Source of the DNA: Leucoraja ocellata
Lineage: Eukaryota
Length of the DNA stretch: 64,000 nucleotides
Assembly (NCBI GenBank): GCA_036785375.1
Contig: JAWMAR010000153.1
Coordinates: 3,844,001 to 3,908,000 of the forward strand
Direction: 5' to 3'
The translations under genes and the position numbers were made by a program. Position 1 is the first letter of the stretch; each line of letters opens with the position of its first letter. The notes beneath the pieces are model-generated. The model saw only the letters and a program-made list of their open reading frames with translations. It did no database searches and was not told where the DNA came from. Shown piece after piece: positions 47,742 to 60,989 of this stretch.

Positions 47742-48453
47742 AATTGCATCCTTGGCCCACTATTCCGATTCTGAATGTGAACTTGCTGGTAAAGGATGTG
47801 GGTCTATAGAAATTCCTCGGGTGCTGTCTCCCTTTCACCTAAACAAGACAAATTCTGCGGCAGTCTGGATTCTACTGGGCACCATACAGCTGTCAATAAT
47901 ATCATGTTTAAAGGAAAAAAAGTGTCCTTGCTATTTAACTTCCTGGAATAAAAGCACTACACATGGATGTGTAATTTTTTTTAACCTATTGTGTGGCAGG
48001 GAGCATGACGAGAAAGAGTTATGCTGCCTGATTTTCTTTTTTTGTTATATTACCAATTTGTAAATTCAGCTATGTTTTGTATTCACCAAAGGCTTTGGAT
48101 ATTAACTTTTCGAAAAAAAATGTCTTAGTGAACCAGTAATTGTAGCATTTTGTTTAGAATGTGAATTGCATGATTTTTTTTTTTTTTTAATTCATGTGGT
48201 TTATGGTAAGTGCATTTCTGTTACTTAGGTGTAAAATGTTGCTGAAGTATGGCGTGGCTTTTATTGCTGAAAATTAACCAAACATCACTTGCAGATTTGA
48301 AATTTAAAAATGTACTACTCCCTTTAAATTAAAAAAAAATGTAACTGCGAAACTTATATGCATTTTTAGGCTGGTTCTGTATAAACAAGCTAAACTGAGC
48401 GTTTAATTTTTTTAGTACAGGTTGAATTCTCAATCCATCTGGGTAAAATATTA

Positions 48454-48641
48454 GATAGACACAAAAAGCTGGAGTAACCCAGCGGGACAGGCAGCATCTC
48501 TGGAGAGAAGGAATGGGTGGTGTTGTCTGACCCGAAACGTCACCCATTCCTTCTCGCCAGAGATGCTGCCTGTCCCGAGTTACTCCATCTTTTTATGTCT
48601 ATCTTTGGTTTAAACCAGTATCTGCAGTCCCTTCCTACACA
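48454..48641. mobile_element. Palindromic Penelope-end mini-element with a 15-bp TSD, downstream of the AMER1 stop
   Basis: Inverted arms of about 65 bp around CCCGAAACGTC; CTGGGTAAAATATTA at 48439-48453 and 48642-48656. Confidence 0.85.
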
Positions 48642-51600
48642 CTGGGTAAAATATTAATCTGGATTTCAGAACCCAATAGAATGGGATATGATAACACTAC
48701 TGTTTAACTTTGCATTTGAGAGTCAGAGCTTGCTTTCCTCATGATATTCTTTACATTGACTATCTAATTCAAATAGGAGAGTCAAATGATACATGAATCT
48801 GTTGGGTCTGTCTACCTTATCATAGTTAATTGTTTTTGACTGTAAAGATTTGTGTATGCTAAGAACCATAGGTTTATTTAACTGTTGCCGTTTGTGCAAA
48901 ACTATTGTGGAACCAGTGAGTTCCAGATACCCACATCACTTCTGGATGGATGCAAAATATTCTCAACTACACTTTTGGTATTTTTTAGTTACCCTAAATA
49001 TATCCCTATAAGATCTTCCTGTTGAGGGAATTGGAATCTTTCTATGTACCATTCGAGGGTAGTGATTTGCAAATTCTTTGTGTTGCATTTAGCTGTAAAT
49101 CTTTTACATGCATTACAAAAATCAAGGGATTTATTTGGCTCTGTTCTTTGTGGAATCCCAAGGCAAATGGCCTTCCCGTCAACAAAACATCTAATGAATA
49201 TCTTTTGCTTCTTCCCATGACCCAAGTTTGGACTAAACAAACCACATTCCCCTTGAATCCCATTAGTTTTTAAATCTGAAATATTTTAAACACTGATTTT
49301 AAAAACCCTAATTTGGTTTGTCTCATTAGCTAAATCAATGTACTGCCAAATGTACTGAATAATGCAGGCAAGCAATTCTCGGCTTGATCAACAAGTAAAC
49401 AGGCCTTGACAAGGTTCTGAATGGAAAGTTGAATGGACACTTAATGTTGCTGCTGTTTATTGTGTAGTAGTTTCTGCTGGGTAAGTGTTAATCCAGCTGT
49501 CTCATCCTGCCACTGCCTCAACGTGATCCATTACTTGGCCAAATATCAAGTCTGAGAAGGAAAGAAATGAATAGGTTTTGGTTTCTTATTGTTATGTAGT
49601 GAGGTACTCTGTAAAGCTTTGTTTTGCATGGTATCTAATCGGATCACATGATATTCTACATAAATACAATTAAGTCAAACAATTAAGTACAGGGAAAGAT
49701 CCAAAATGCAGAATATATTTCTTGCATTAGTTCCATAGACAAAGTCCACTGTTCAGTATATCCTAATTGGCAATTTTTCTTTAATGTAACCAATGTAAAA
49801 AAAACTCCAAATAATGTGATAAAACTAACATTTGTAGAATTGAGGTTTGTGTAATATAGTGTTGCTGTCTGTTGTTGAATATAGCTATGCCTATCTATGA
49901 TACTTGTTGATTATATGTTCCAAAATACATTTTTAAAATGTATTCCTAATTTGGAATATGATTTAATTTTTTTTTTTATCCCATGCAAGATTACAGTACT
50001 GGCTGTTTAACTTGTCTGCAACTTGAAACCTCACCTCCTTGTTCACGAATTTTACATCCAGACCAAAGTTCTAAAGTTGAGAGATGTATAAATGAGAAAT
50101 TTAAAATGAGTTTTCCATGTACCACCTAATAAAGCTGCTAAGTCATGTATTTTCCGTTAAGTAAAATAGACAAAGATGAGAAAAATTGGCTGAGATTCCT
50201 ACTCTGGACTGTTAACATGATGCTCCTGCTTGATCACCTGTGTATGTATGTGTGCCGATTAGTCGAAGACAAATTTCTTTTGCTATAATGTCATTTATCA
50301 CCTCAAGTTCATTTTGTGTGCATGAACACACAAGGTAATAATGTGCCTATGGAACTCAAGCTGATATTGTCATTCTTAAGAGAACAGCAACTACTGCATC
50401 TTCTCCTTGTATCCATCATTTTATTTATCTTTGCAACTCGACGAAGGCATTTGAGTGAAATGTCATGAGATTGGGATGCAAGTTGGACACATTTATTTGG
50501 CATGGTGCCACAAGCTGCTATCTCATTTTCTTCGCTTGCTGAAGTTGCATACCAAGATAAGGATGATGGTATTCTCCAATCAGTTATCCATGTGACCATT
50601 TAATCCATGGAGTGAATGTCGCCGGTTAATTTAGTCCTTACCTACCTGAAAAGGTGCACAGGGACCTCCAAAGACATTGAACACTGTCTGATTTCAGCTT
50701 TCTGAGATGGCACATCCTTGTATGTAAATGATTGAAGGATTGTGAACATCAGTGGACCAATGTTTCAAAATAGACCACTCAAAGAGTAGGGAAGACCAAG
50801 GGAAGTGTAAATAACCTTCACTTTATATATTAAAAAAAAAAATGTAGCTTGAATTCCAGTCAACATCAGGCATTTAATAAATAGCATACATTGGTAACTT
50901 GTTAAATCATCCACATTTAAGTAATCAATAACAGCATCTCCTTATAAAAGGATCTAAATTTTATTGGATATTAAGGATTTAATGTTGGCATCATGCACAA
51001 AATAGGGGTTCACCCAAAATTTGAAGCCCCAATACACTAACAAAGCCAGTAAAAAATCCTGGGAAACAAAAACAAATCTCTCCAGATGCTGAAAATCTAA
51101 ATGCTACCCAGCCAGTCAGTTAATATTTCAGATCAAAGACCATTGACAAAGCACAAAAAATATTAACTTTTTCTTTCCACAGATGCTGCCTAATTTGCTG
51201 AGTATTTCTAACACTTTATTTTTATTTCAGTAGCAGAATGTATCCTGCACCTGTTAACAATTGGTTGATATCACCTATCAATACTTTAATCAAGTATTGA
51301 TCATTGGATGGACATTGTGTAAAGTGCAGTGTTGATGTGGATCTTGTGGAGCAGATCTTCCAGTGCCATCATTTCTATTTATTGGGCCACCTCAAATACA
51401 AGAATACTTTCAACAAAATCATTTATTTGTGCTTGATTATAACTGCAAGTAGGGATCGGGGGCATATCACAAAGATCTGCCATTGTCATTTTCTTCACCC
51501 TCCCCTGGAGCTTTGCATTCACGATTATTGAATTCTGGTAGCAAGTCTTGTTACAAAGAAGCTACACCACTACATGCAAAAATTAAGATTAATAAGCTTT

Positions 51601-51652
51601 GCAATGAATAACAGATATTCTATCTTCACTGTTCCAACATTCCTCATGTTAA

Positions 51653-52542
51653 AGCAAGTTTCTATTCATTTACTTGCAGGATACAGAACATCGGATCATA
51701 ATTTTATATTTCATAAAGAAAGCAATAATTTATTTGAAGCTCATTTAATTTTTGCTTTGCTGTAAGAAATGGTGCAGATATAACATGCAATCTAATTTAA
51801 TGCCGTCCTTAACTATCTCAAATATTACACAATTAATCTGGAACCAGTCTTGTTACAAATAATAAATCTTGGTAATATAGGGAGGGTCGATGTGATGTTC
51901 CATGTTCTGGTTCTTTGAAAGGTTCGCCTTGCTTGCGTGCTTCCCGCGTCTCCCTCAAAAAAAGTGCAATTGTAGAAATGTTGTTATGCTGTTATGCCGC
52001 AATATCTGTCCCAATTTTCAATGCATTTTGATCCAAGAAGGTGCAGTTTCACCTGCAAGTGAACCAGTTCATGCTTGACTTTCACCATAAACGGGTGACA
52101 GTTCAATTTATCTTCCGTGGTTCCATCTCCTGGGATGTGGGTACACAGTTTGCATGAATACAGTGGTAGACTATTTAATTCTGCTACTCCATTGCACATG
52201 GGTTTTTTACATCTGACGTTTTGGACAAGGTGCACGAATTGGAAAAAAATTATGAAAAATCTTGTTTAAAGTTGATGAAAAAGAAACTACGCCATTACAT
52301 GTAAAAATTAAGATGAATACGTTTTACAGTGGGTTATCTCACATATTACACAATTAATCCAGAACATGTTACTTGGGTTTTTGCAGCAAGTTTCTATTTA
52401 TTTATTTGCAAGATATAGAACATTGGATCATAATTTTATATTTCATAAAGAAAGCAATAATTTATTTGAAGCTTATTTTTGTTTTGTTGTAAGAAATGGT
52501 GCAGATATAACATGCAATCTAATTTAATTCCATCCTTAATTA
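51653..52542 (+). repeat. Pair of direct repeats of about 160 bp (51653-51815 and 52386-52542)
   Basis: GGATCATAATTTTATATTTCATAAAGAAAGCAATAATTTATTTGAAGCT and TGTAAGAAATGGTGCAGATATAACATGCAATCTAATTTAAT each occur twice. Confidence 0.85.
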
Positions 52543-53113
52543 TTACATCCCGATTTATGCAAAATTAGTTGCTTTCTGTGTTTGAACATGAGGAAAGTTG
52601 CAACAGTGAGATAGAATATCTGCTATTCCATATATCCCTTATCAAGAACTTAGTTTGCTACGTCTGCTTTGGTATGGTGCCAGGCAGATTAAGGTTCTAA
52701 ATTACTTAACACAGCAATGTACCTCAACGCTATTCTTGGAAGAGCATGCCTTAATGTATTAGCGACATTTCCATCTTCTCTCAGACTGTGTCCACTGATA
52801 TTGCCAGTTAATGTTGAACTTGGTACAAAGCATGTGTACCTGCAGATCTGGATTGGGACGGACAAATTTTTGATTTCTGTAGGATTTTTGCAGCTGGTTA
52901 ACAAACGTTTAAATGTCATTGCATTAGTCTTTCAGATATAAACACCAATGATGAATAATACCATTAGATATTTGTAACAATAATGAGACGCCTTTATTCC
53001 TGATCCACATCGGTTTAAATTAAATGTTTTGAAACCTGTGCTGTGGTCAAAATATTTGAGAACCGGGTTGAACATTAAAAAAAAAATTACACTACGTACT
53101 TAAACTATGGGTA

Positions 53114-54757
53114 CAGTGCCCTCCATAATGCTTGGGACAAAGACCCAACATTTTTATTTGCCTCTGTACTCCACTATTTGAGATTTGTAATAGAGAAAAA
53201 AAAAATGTGGTTACCTTGCACGTTGTCAGATTATAATAAAGGTCATTTTTATACATCTTGGTTTCATCATGTAGAATTACAGCAGTGTTTATATATACAT
53301 AGTCCCCCCCATTTCAGGGCACCATAATGTTTGGGACACAGCAATGTCATGTAAATGAAAGTAGTCATGTTTAGTATTTTGTTGCATATCCTTTGCATGC
53401 AATGACTACTTGAAGTCTGCGATTCATGGACATCACCAGTTGCTGGGTGTCTTCTCTGGTGATGCTCTGCCAGGCGTAGCATCAATACGCAGCCATCTTT
53501 GGCTTATGCTTGTTTTGGGGGCTAGTCCCCTTCAGTTTCCTCTTCAGCAGAGAAAAGGCATGCTCAATTGGGTTCAGATTGGGTGATTGACTTAGCCATT
53601 CAAGAATTGACCATTTTTTTAGCTTTAAAAAAACTCCTTTTGCTTCAGCTGTATGTTTGGGATCATTGTCTTGCTGTAGAATGCACTGCTGGTCAATGAG
53701 TTTTGAGACATTTGTTTGAACTTGAGCGGATAGGATGTGTCTATACACTTCAGAATTCATTATGCTATTACCATCAGCAGTTGTATCATCAATGAAGATA
53801 AGTGAGCCAGTACCTTCAGCAGCCATACATGCCCAGGCCATAACACCCCCACCACCGTGTTTCGCAGATGAGGTGGTATGCTTTGGATCTTCGGCAGTTC
53901 CTTCTCTCCTCCATACTTTGCTCTTGCCATCACTCTGATATAAGTTAATTTTTGTCTCATCTGTCCACAAGACCTTTTTCCAGAGCTGTGGTTGCTCTTT
54001 TAATTCTTGGCAAACTAACTTGGCCATCCTATTTTTGCGGCTAACCAGTGGTTTGTACCTGGCAGTGTAGCCTCTGTATTTCTGTTCATGATATCTTCTG
54101 CGGACAGTCGTCATTGACAAATCAACACCTGACTCCTGAAGAGTGTTTCTGATCTGTCGGACAGGTGTTTGGGGATTTTTCTTTATTTTAGAGAGAATTC
54201 TTCTGTCATCAGCTGTAGAGGTCTTCCTTGGCCTGCCAGTCCCTTTGCAATTCGTAAGCTCACCAGTGCTCTCTTCTGAATGATGTTCCAAACAGTTGAT
54301 TTTGGTAAGCCTAAGGTTTGGCTGATGTCTACAGTTTTATTCCTGTTTCTCAGTCTCATAATGGCTTCTTTGACTTTCATTGGCACAACTTTGGTCCTCA
54401 TGTTGATAAGCAGCAATAAAAGTTTCCAAAGGTGTTGGAAAGACTGGAGGACTAGGTGCTGAGAGCTCTCTTATACCTGCATTAAGGAGGTAATTAAACA
54501 CACCTGAGTTTGGGACACATGTGAAGCCATGTGTCCCAAACATTATGGTAGCCTGAAATGGGTGGGACTATGTATAAACACAGCTGGAATTTCTACATGG
54601 TAAAACCCAAATGTATAAAAATGGCCTTAAAACAAAAATCAACAAAATGCACTTTAACTGTATGTGATTTTTTTTTCTCTATTACAAATGTCAAATTGTG
54701 GACTACAGAGGCAAATAAATTAATGAAGGGTCTTTGTCCCAAACATAGAGAGCACGG
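53114..54757 (-). mobile_element. Full-length decayed Tc1-family DNA transposon (DD34E, IR/DR-type TIRs)
   Basis: TA|CAGTGCCCTCCATAATGCTTGGGACAAAGACCC ... GGGTCTTTGTCCCAAACATAGAGAGCACGG|TA; TIRs of about 225 bp; transposase motifs GRPRKT, WTDETK, QQDNDPKH and SPNLNPIE with 34 residues between D and E; frameshifted. Confidence 0.93.
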
Positions 54758-57436
54758 TATATTAAACTTTTGAGGATTGTTTAGGGTTGGCTGGGGTCTT
54801 TGTAAATATACACTGAAGTAAAATGCATGAAAAGGTGTTCCAAGCCTCTGGAAGGAATCTTTTTTTACACATTTAAATGTGGTAGTCATCAGATAATACT
54901 AGAAATGTATGATGGGTGTACTAACAACTGAAGACTTTTTCTACACCAGTTCTGACAAATTTATGCCCAAATGTTTAACCCGTTAGTTTTTAACAAATGC
55001 TGACTGATCTATGCATTTTCATGTTTACTGTGTTTCCTTGAAATTGTGGCATTTACAAACTTCATGTTGTTACTCGTCTTACTTGCACACTTGTATGTAA
55101 TAAACGCTGAAGCATGCTTCCTGTTGTGCGTGACATGTATGTGTCCCAACAACAAAAATCTTTGTGGTGTCTCTACTGTATATGTGATATATGTATGAGG
55201 TGCCTTAAAGATGTTTTGGGTTATTCACATCAATAAGACCATCACAGCTGCTGACATCCCAGCTAGCACTGAATAATGCTGGCAACTTAATAAGCTTATT
55301 ACATGTAAAAGATTTCTTCAACCCAAACATCAAGGTGTTCTTTGTAGCTGCATTTTTCAAATGGAGCAATGTGCTTGTTGCTGTGTTTGATCTCTTAAAT
55401 ATATGGTGCTGTACATAACTCTGGCCTCTGTAAAGTGTGGAAAATGCAGTTTTTTGTAAATTGTACTACAAAGTTTTGATATTCAGCTGTTGTACTCCAA
55501 ATATTTATGGCCAAGTTGCTTTCCATTATCATTGTCTCATGAATGATTCACACAGTTCTGTGTGCAGAGGAAATAATAAAATTCAACCATAGAACAAAGA
55601 AAACTGTCTCTGAGAATTTCTTCCTTGGTTTTTCCCGGGTCCTGATTTATAGGATTGGCAACTGGCCTAAATGGGTGCATTGAAGTGAGGGACATGAATA
55701 CTATAGAAATTGCAATTATGGTCTTTCCTACTGACATCAAATACCTTGAATTTGTGAGAAAAGTTGCCTGAAATGAAAGCAATGTTAGAAAGGCAATTTA
55801 ACTTTTTCAGTGGAAGTAGTTGATTTTTTCCCCCCCCTGCGAGACACATGGATTGTTTCCCTCCCCTCTAATATTCTACATCAATACAATTAAGTCAAAT
55901 TCGAGTACAATAGATAGAGCAATGGGGAAGATACAAAATACAAATAACGCTTGTAATGGACATGATGTTTCGTATAGCCTTTAGCATCTTTAACTTTTAA
56001 TAACAAAAAATAAACCTAATGCTACTGAAAATACGTTTTTACTTTTGAAAATCTTGTAAGAAAATAACTTTGTTAGTGTGAGCCAGAAACTAGCCCCATG
56101 ACACAATTGTCTTTATAACATGACTTTCTATGACATGGTTAAGGTCGCAAATATCACGTTATAGCTACTACCTGTACGAGTTTACTCTCGCCCTCAACCA
56201 GAAGTGCACCATGCCACTGCCAATCTTTAAGTGATAGGTTCATCCCTTTTTGACTTGAATTTAAAATATTGAATAAAATGGAACTGTTTTCCAAAGAGCA
56301 TAGCCTTAGCCTTTACTGTGATTTCACTCTGAGGCTGGTTCTCACTGGTTACCTCTAACAGCACACCTGCAGGTGGACCGACTATGAATCCGAGCAGAGG
56401 ACAATCCGAGCAGAGCACGCAGGGAGTCCTTGACCCAGGTGTCTTTGCTGCCTGGGATTGTCACTCCTTGGGAAATGACTCAAACCAGAAACAAGAGGCA
56501 GACTTGACCAACTCTAGATGAGCAGGACATTTTATGGAAGGATTCAAAGTTAAATTTGCAAAAGTGTTTACTTAATTAGTAAGGGTGTCGGGGGATATGG
56601 TTAAAGGCAGGAGAATGGAGTTGAGAAGGAAAGATAGCAGCCATGACAGGATGGGCCTAATGGCCCAATTCTGCTCCTAGAACTTATGAACTTATTGTCT
56701 GTTCTTGCTGATCGTTTGAAAAATCATTAAAATGTACCGTTAAATTGTAACATCACATATTTTAATGATTTAATTAAATGCAATTTATTCTGGAGCTTTA
56801 GTGCAAAGGGGGCTTCAATTGAACAGATTCCTCAGTTGATGGTCTAGATAAAGGGAATTCAAATCTTATAAACCTATAGGAGTAATGAAGCTATTGTGCG
56901 AAGGGTTAGGCTCCAGTGATAGTCACATCCAGGGACTTTGCTTTACACTTATAAGCAACATAAACTCATTTTTATGTGCGCACTTGTTTTGACTCTGGTT
57001 CATACCTCCCATCCCCCATTTCTCTAATGCATTGTTGTAAATACAAGTGCTTAGTTTGGAGAAGGCTCCTCCGCCTTCCGAGTCCGTGCCGACTAGCAAT
57101 CACCCGTTCACTAGTTCTATCCTACACACTAGGGACAATTTTACAGAAACCTACAACCTGCATGTCTGGAATGTGGGAGGAAACTGGAGCACCCGGAGGA
57201 AACCCACGCGGTCACAGGGGGAGTGTACAAACTCCGTACAGATGGCACCTGTGGTCAGGATGGAACACGGGCCTCTGGCGCTGTAAGGCAGCAACTCTAC
57301 TGCTGCAGAATTGTGCCCCCCGTATGATGTAGTTGTGTTTAAGAAGGAACTGCAGATGCTGGAAAATCGAAGGTACCCAAAAAAGCTGGAGAAGCTCAGC
57401 GGGTGCAGCAGCATCTATGGAGCGAAGGAAATAGGC

Positions 57437-57464
57437 AACGTTTCGGGCCGAAACCCTTCTTCAG
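57437..57464 (-). ncRNA. Minimal hammerhead ribozyme motif in a short Penelope-end copy (about 57335-57466)
   Basis: Reverse complement CTGAAGAAGGGTTTCGGCCCGAAACGTT. Confidence 0.7.
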
Positions 57465-60400
57465 ATTGTGTGTCTTATTGCTTTTTTTCTAGTATGGCTG
57501 TATGGTAAATTGAATTTCACTGTACCTTAATTGGGGCACGTGACAATAAACTGACCTTGAAACCTTGAAAAATATACACCCCTTCCAGTAAAAGTAATTG
57601 AAGATTAAATTGGAGTTAGAAATCCTGTGGTTATTTCTCCACGGATTTGTCAGGGGTTCTTGTATCACCGTGATGGAGATTGGATATTCATTAGTTTCAC
57701 ACCCCAAACTTTCTGGTGTGTTTATGCACAACTTTGGATCATGAGTAAAGGAAGGTCAGATGCCCAGTGGCAACTAGGATTTGTGATTATTGCTCTCAGG
57801 ATATGAGGGAAATTAGCCAAACTTATGTGCTGTATCCTGGTTTCATTGACAATAAGCGTGGTACTCTTCTGGTTGCCCCATATGACAAATGACAGATCAT
57901 TTATCATTTCTGGTTGCAGTGCCAAGCAATTAGGTATGACTGATACGTTTACTGGCATGAACTGTTTTGATTCAATTAAGGATGATATATACAGAGATTA
58001 ATTTGCAGCAATATAGACTGGAGCAGATGATGGATAAGTGTAGAAGATGGCTGGAGGGAAAGGGTTCAAATGGCAATTCTCATAACGATGTGTTTATCCT
58101 TTAAACTTTTACAAGTCGCACCAATCAGACATACCATTCAAAAACAATTACCCATATGTTTATTAACTGAAGATTTATGCAAATAGTGATGCTGTACTAA
58201 TCCATCAATGCCACAGAGCTGAGGGTGGGATAGTTTTGTTGCCTCATGATTTGTCAGCACATCACAGGGGTCCCACTGCCACTGAATAACAACAAGCAGT
58301 GCGAAGGTCTGTGACCCTATGTTTAAAGCCCATAACGCTGTGTTTAAAGCACATAGCACTACAACCAACAGCTCTTTGTGTAAATTCCCACGCGTTGCCC
58401 TGGACTGGCTCGGCCTGCCAACCTCGCCCGATTATCTTTGTGTCCCGGCGGTGCCTCCTGCAGCCGATCTTGAAGGCGCTGGAGGCATCACCCGGCCCCT
58501 TTCCCACCGGCTCACTCCTCACCTCCATCGTCGCCAGCAGCTCACTCCTCCTCGGCTCTCCAGTCTTCGGAGCCGAGCTCGGCGGCTTCTGATCTTCCCC
58601 CCTGCAGGTCACGGCCCACTGGGTCTTCCATGTTACTCCCATCACTTTGTGTCTTAAATCATTTACATAATTTCATCTAAGTACAAATTGCTGTTTTTAT
58701 AAAGAAGTGTAGAAACATCCAAGATAGACAAAAATGCTGGAGAAATTCAGCGGGTGAGGCAGCATCTATGGAGCGAAGGAAATAGGCAACGTTTCGGACA
58801 TTTTTGTCTACATTCGATTTTCCAGCATCTGCAGTTCCTTCTTAAACATGTAGAAAAGTCCAGCTAGGGAGGAGGCCATCCTTCTCCGACTAACTTTTCA
58901 AAGGAACGGGTTAAGTAGTCTCACTCTCCGCATTCCCCACAGGCTAAAAACCTTTAACTCCTCAGTTAACAGGACAAACCTACAATGTTATTCTGATTTT
59001 CAAGCTAGTACAGGGACCAGCTGGAAGAGACACAAACTCTTGAAGGTGACCTGATAGGTTGAGAAGTTATGAATACATTTGGGATTAGTTTAATTTAGTT
59101 TTGAGATACAGCGCGGAAACAGGCCCTTCGGTTCACCGAGTCCACACTGACCAGCGATCCCGCACACTAACACTATCCTACACACCCGAGGAACAATTTA
59201 AAATTTTACCAAGCCAATTAACCAACAAACCAGTCCGTCTTCGGAGTGTGGGAGGAGACCAGAGCACCCGGAGAAAATCCACGCGGGTCACAGGTAGAAT
59301 GTACAAAGTCTGTACAGACAAGCACCTGTTGTCAGCATCAAACTCGGGTGTCTGGCACTAAGGCAGCAACATTACCGCTACGTAGCAATGTTACAAAATT
59401 TTGAGATAAAAAAAACAAGTCCGCAATTTATCCTATCAGATAAAGCATAACAAGAAGTTTAATTTGACACCTAATTCACTGTCATATCTTCAGTATTAAA
59501 GAAATTATGGCCATTTTCATACTCGGAAATCTTGCATCTTGTTCCCTATTGCTTTTCCATTGACTTAACTCAAAAGCTGTGATCAAGGACAGTCAAAAGC
59601 CCATAACTTTCTTAAAAATAAAGAGAACTGAATGAAATTTTCAGTTATTATAGATTGAAGCATTCTGAAACAAATATGAAACATCTTACTTGGATGACCT
59701 GAAATTAAAGCACAATTTCATCAGCTCTACCTGGCACAGCTGGCCGAGCTGATGATTCACAATGCCAGAGACCCAGGTTCAATCCTGACCTCGGTATGTA
59801 GTTTTTATATTCTTCACTTTGACCACGCGGGTTTCTTCTGGGTGCTCCCGGGTTTGTAGGTCAATTGACCTCTGTAAATTATACCTTGTATTTCGGGAGT
59901 GGATGCGAAAGTGAGATAACATCGAACTAGCATGAACCAGTGATCGGCAGTCGACCTAGGGTTCAGTGGGCTGAAGGGCCTGTTACCATGCTGTATATTT
60001 CAATTCAATCAATAAGCAACAGCACAGGTTCGATAAGCAAGGGGATTTTGCCAAATCTTCATGAATCATTGCTTAGGCCCCAGCTTTGCTTTGTATCCTG
60101 TAAAACGAGAGTACATTTTGGAAATTGTATTGAGGATTTGAAGGAGGTTGAATAGAGCGTAATTGGAATAACACCAGGGATCTGGAGTTTCAGTCATAAA
60201 AAAACAGGGATTTGCAGAGCTCTGGGGAAAGGACTGAGACTTTCAAAGATCAGCTCAGCCTTAGGGAACAGTGGGCTGAATTGCCTTTTATGTGAAGAAC
60301 CAGTCGATGATTTTGATAATAAGACTCGATGGCTTTTTAATATAGAATATTTCAGGAACTCAGTGGAAAGAGAACAAACGTGAGAAGAAAAGGCAATTGA

Positions 60401-60989
60401 AAATGAAATTTGAGATCCATTAAAACATTTGGGATGGGGTGGATCAAATAAAGACAAAGGAAGTTTAAATAAAATACACGATGGAATTAAAAAAACTGTG
60501 ACCTTGAGCTTCTCGTCTCTCAGCTGTGACAGCTTGTGTCTGACCTATTGACTACAATCCCACAGAGACACATTGGATTCCCCTAACAAGGCAGAGGAAA
60601 TAATGAATGTGAGTTTGAGTGGAGAAATAGATCTTGGCTTTCATTATTTCGGCATTCGTTTTGTTATATTTTATCTATTGTGCATTTAGGATACAGGTCG
60701 TAAATAGATTGATATACCCAGACTACTCTATCAATTCACTTTCCTGCTTCTTCATGTTTTGTGTAACACAGAATGCCAAGCGGTTTAAAGCTATTGAACC
60801 GAGATTGTCTGGTTTAATAAATCAATACAACTTGGGCTGTTTAATTTTCCAGTCATTACTGCTGGAGTGGTTCACTTCAGTCTTCATCCTTACTCTTCCT
60901 GGAAAAATTGGGGGGCAGATTTTCAGGTGAATTTTGCTGACGGTCAGTGTGCAGAAAATTAAGCAGAGGTTGTTTGTGCTAACTCCAAG

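Noticed and set aside
51653-52542. Direct repeats considered as LTRs or a CRISPR-like array
   Set aside because: Only two copies, no TG...CA ends, primer-binding site or polypurine tract seen, no regular repeat-spacer pattern, and the context is eukaryotic.
59380-59720. AT-rich segment that may be a non-autonomous DNA transposon piece
   Set aside because: No second copy, paired TIRs or TSD could be established within the window.
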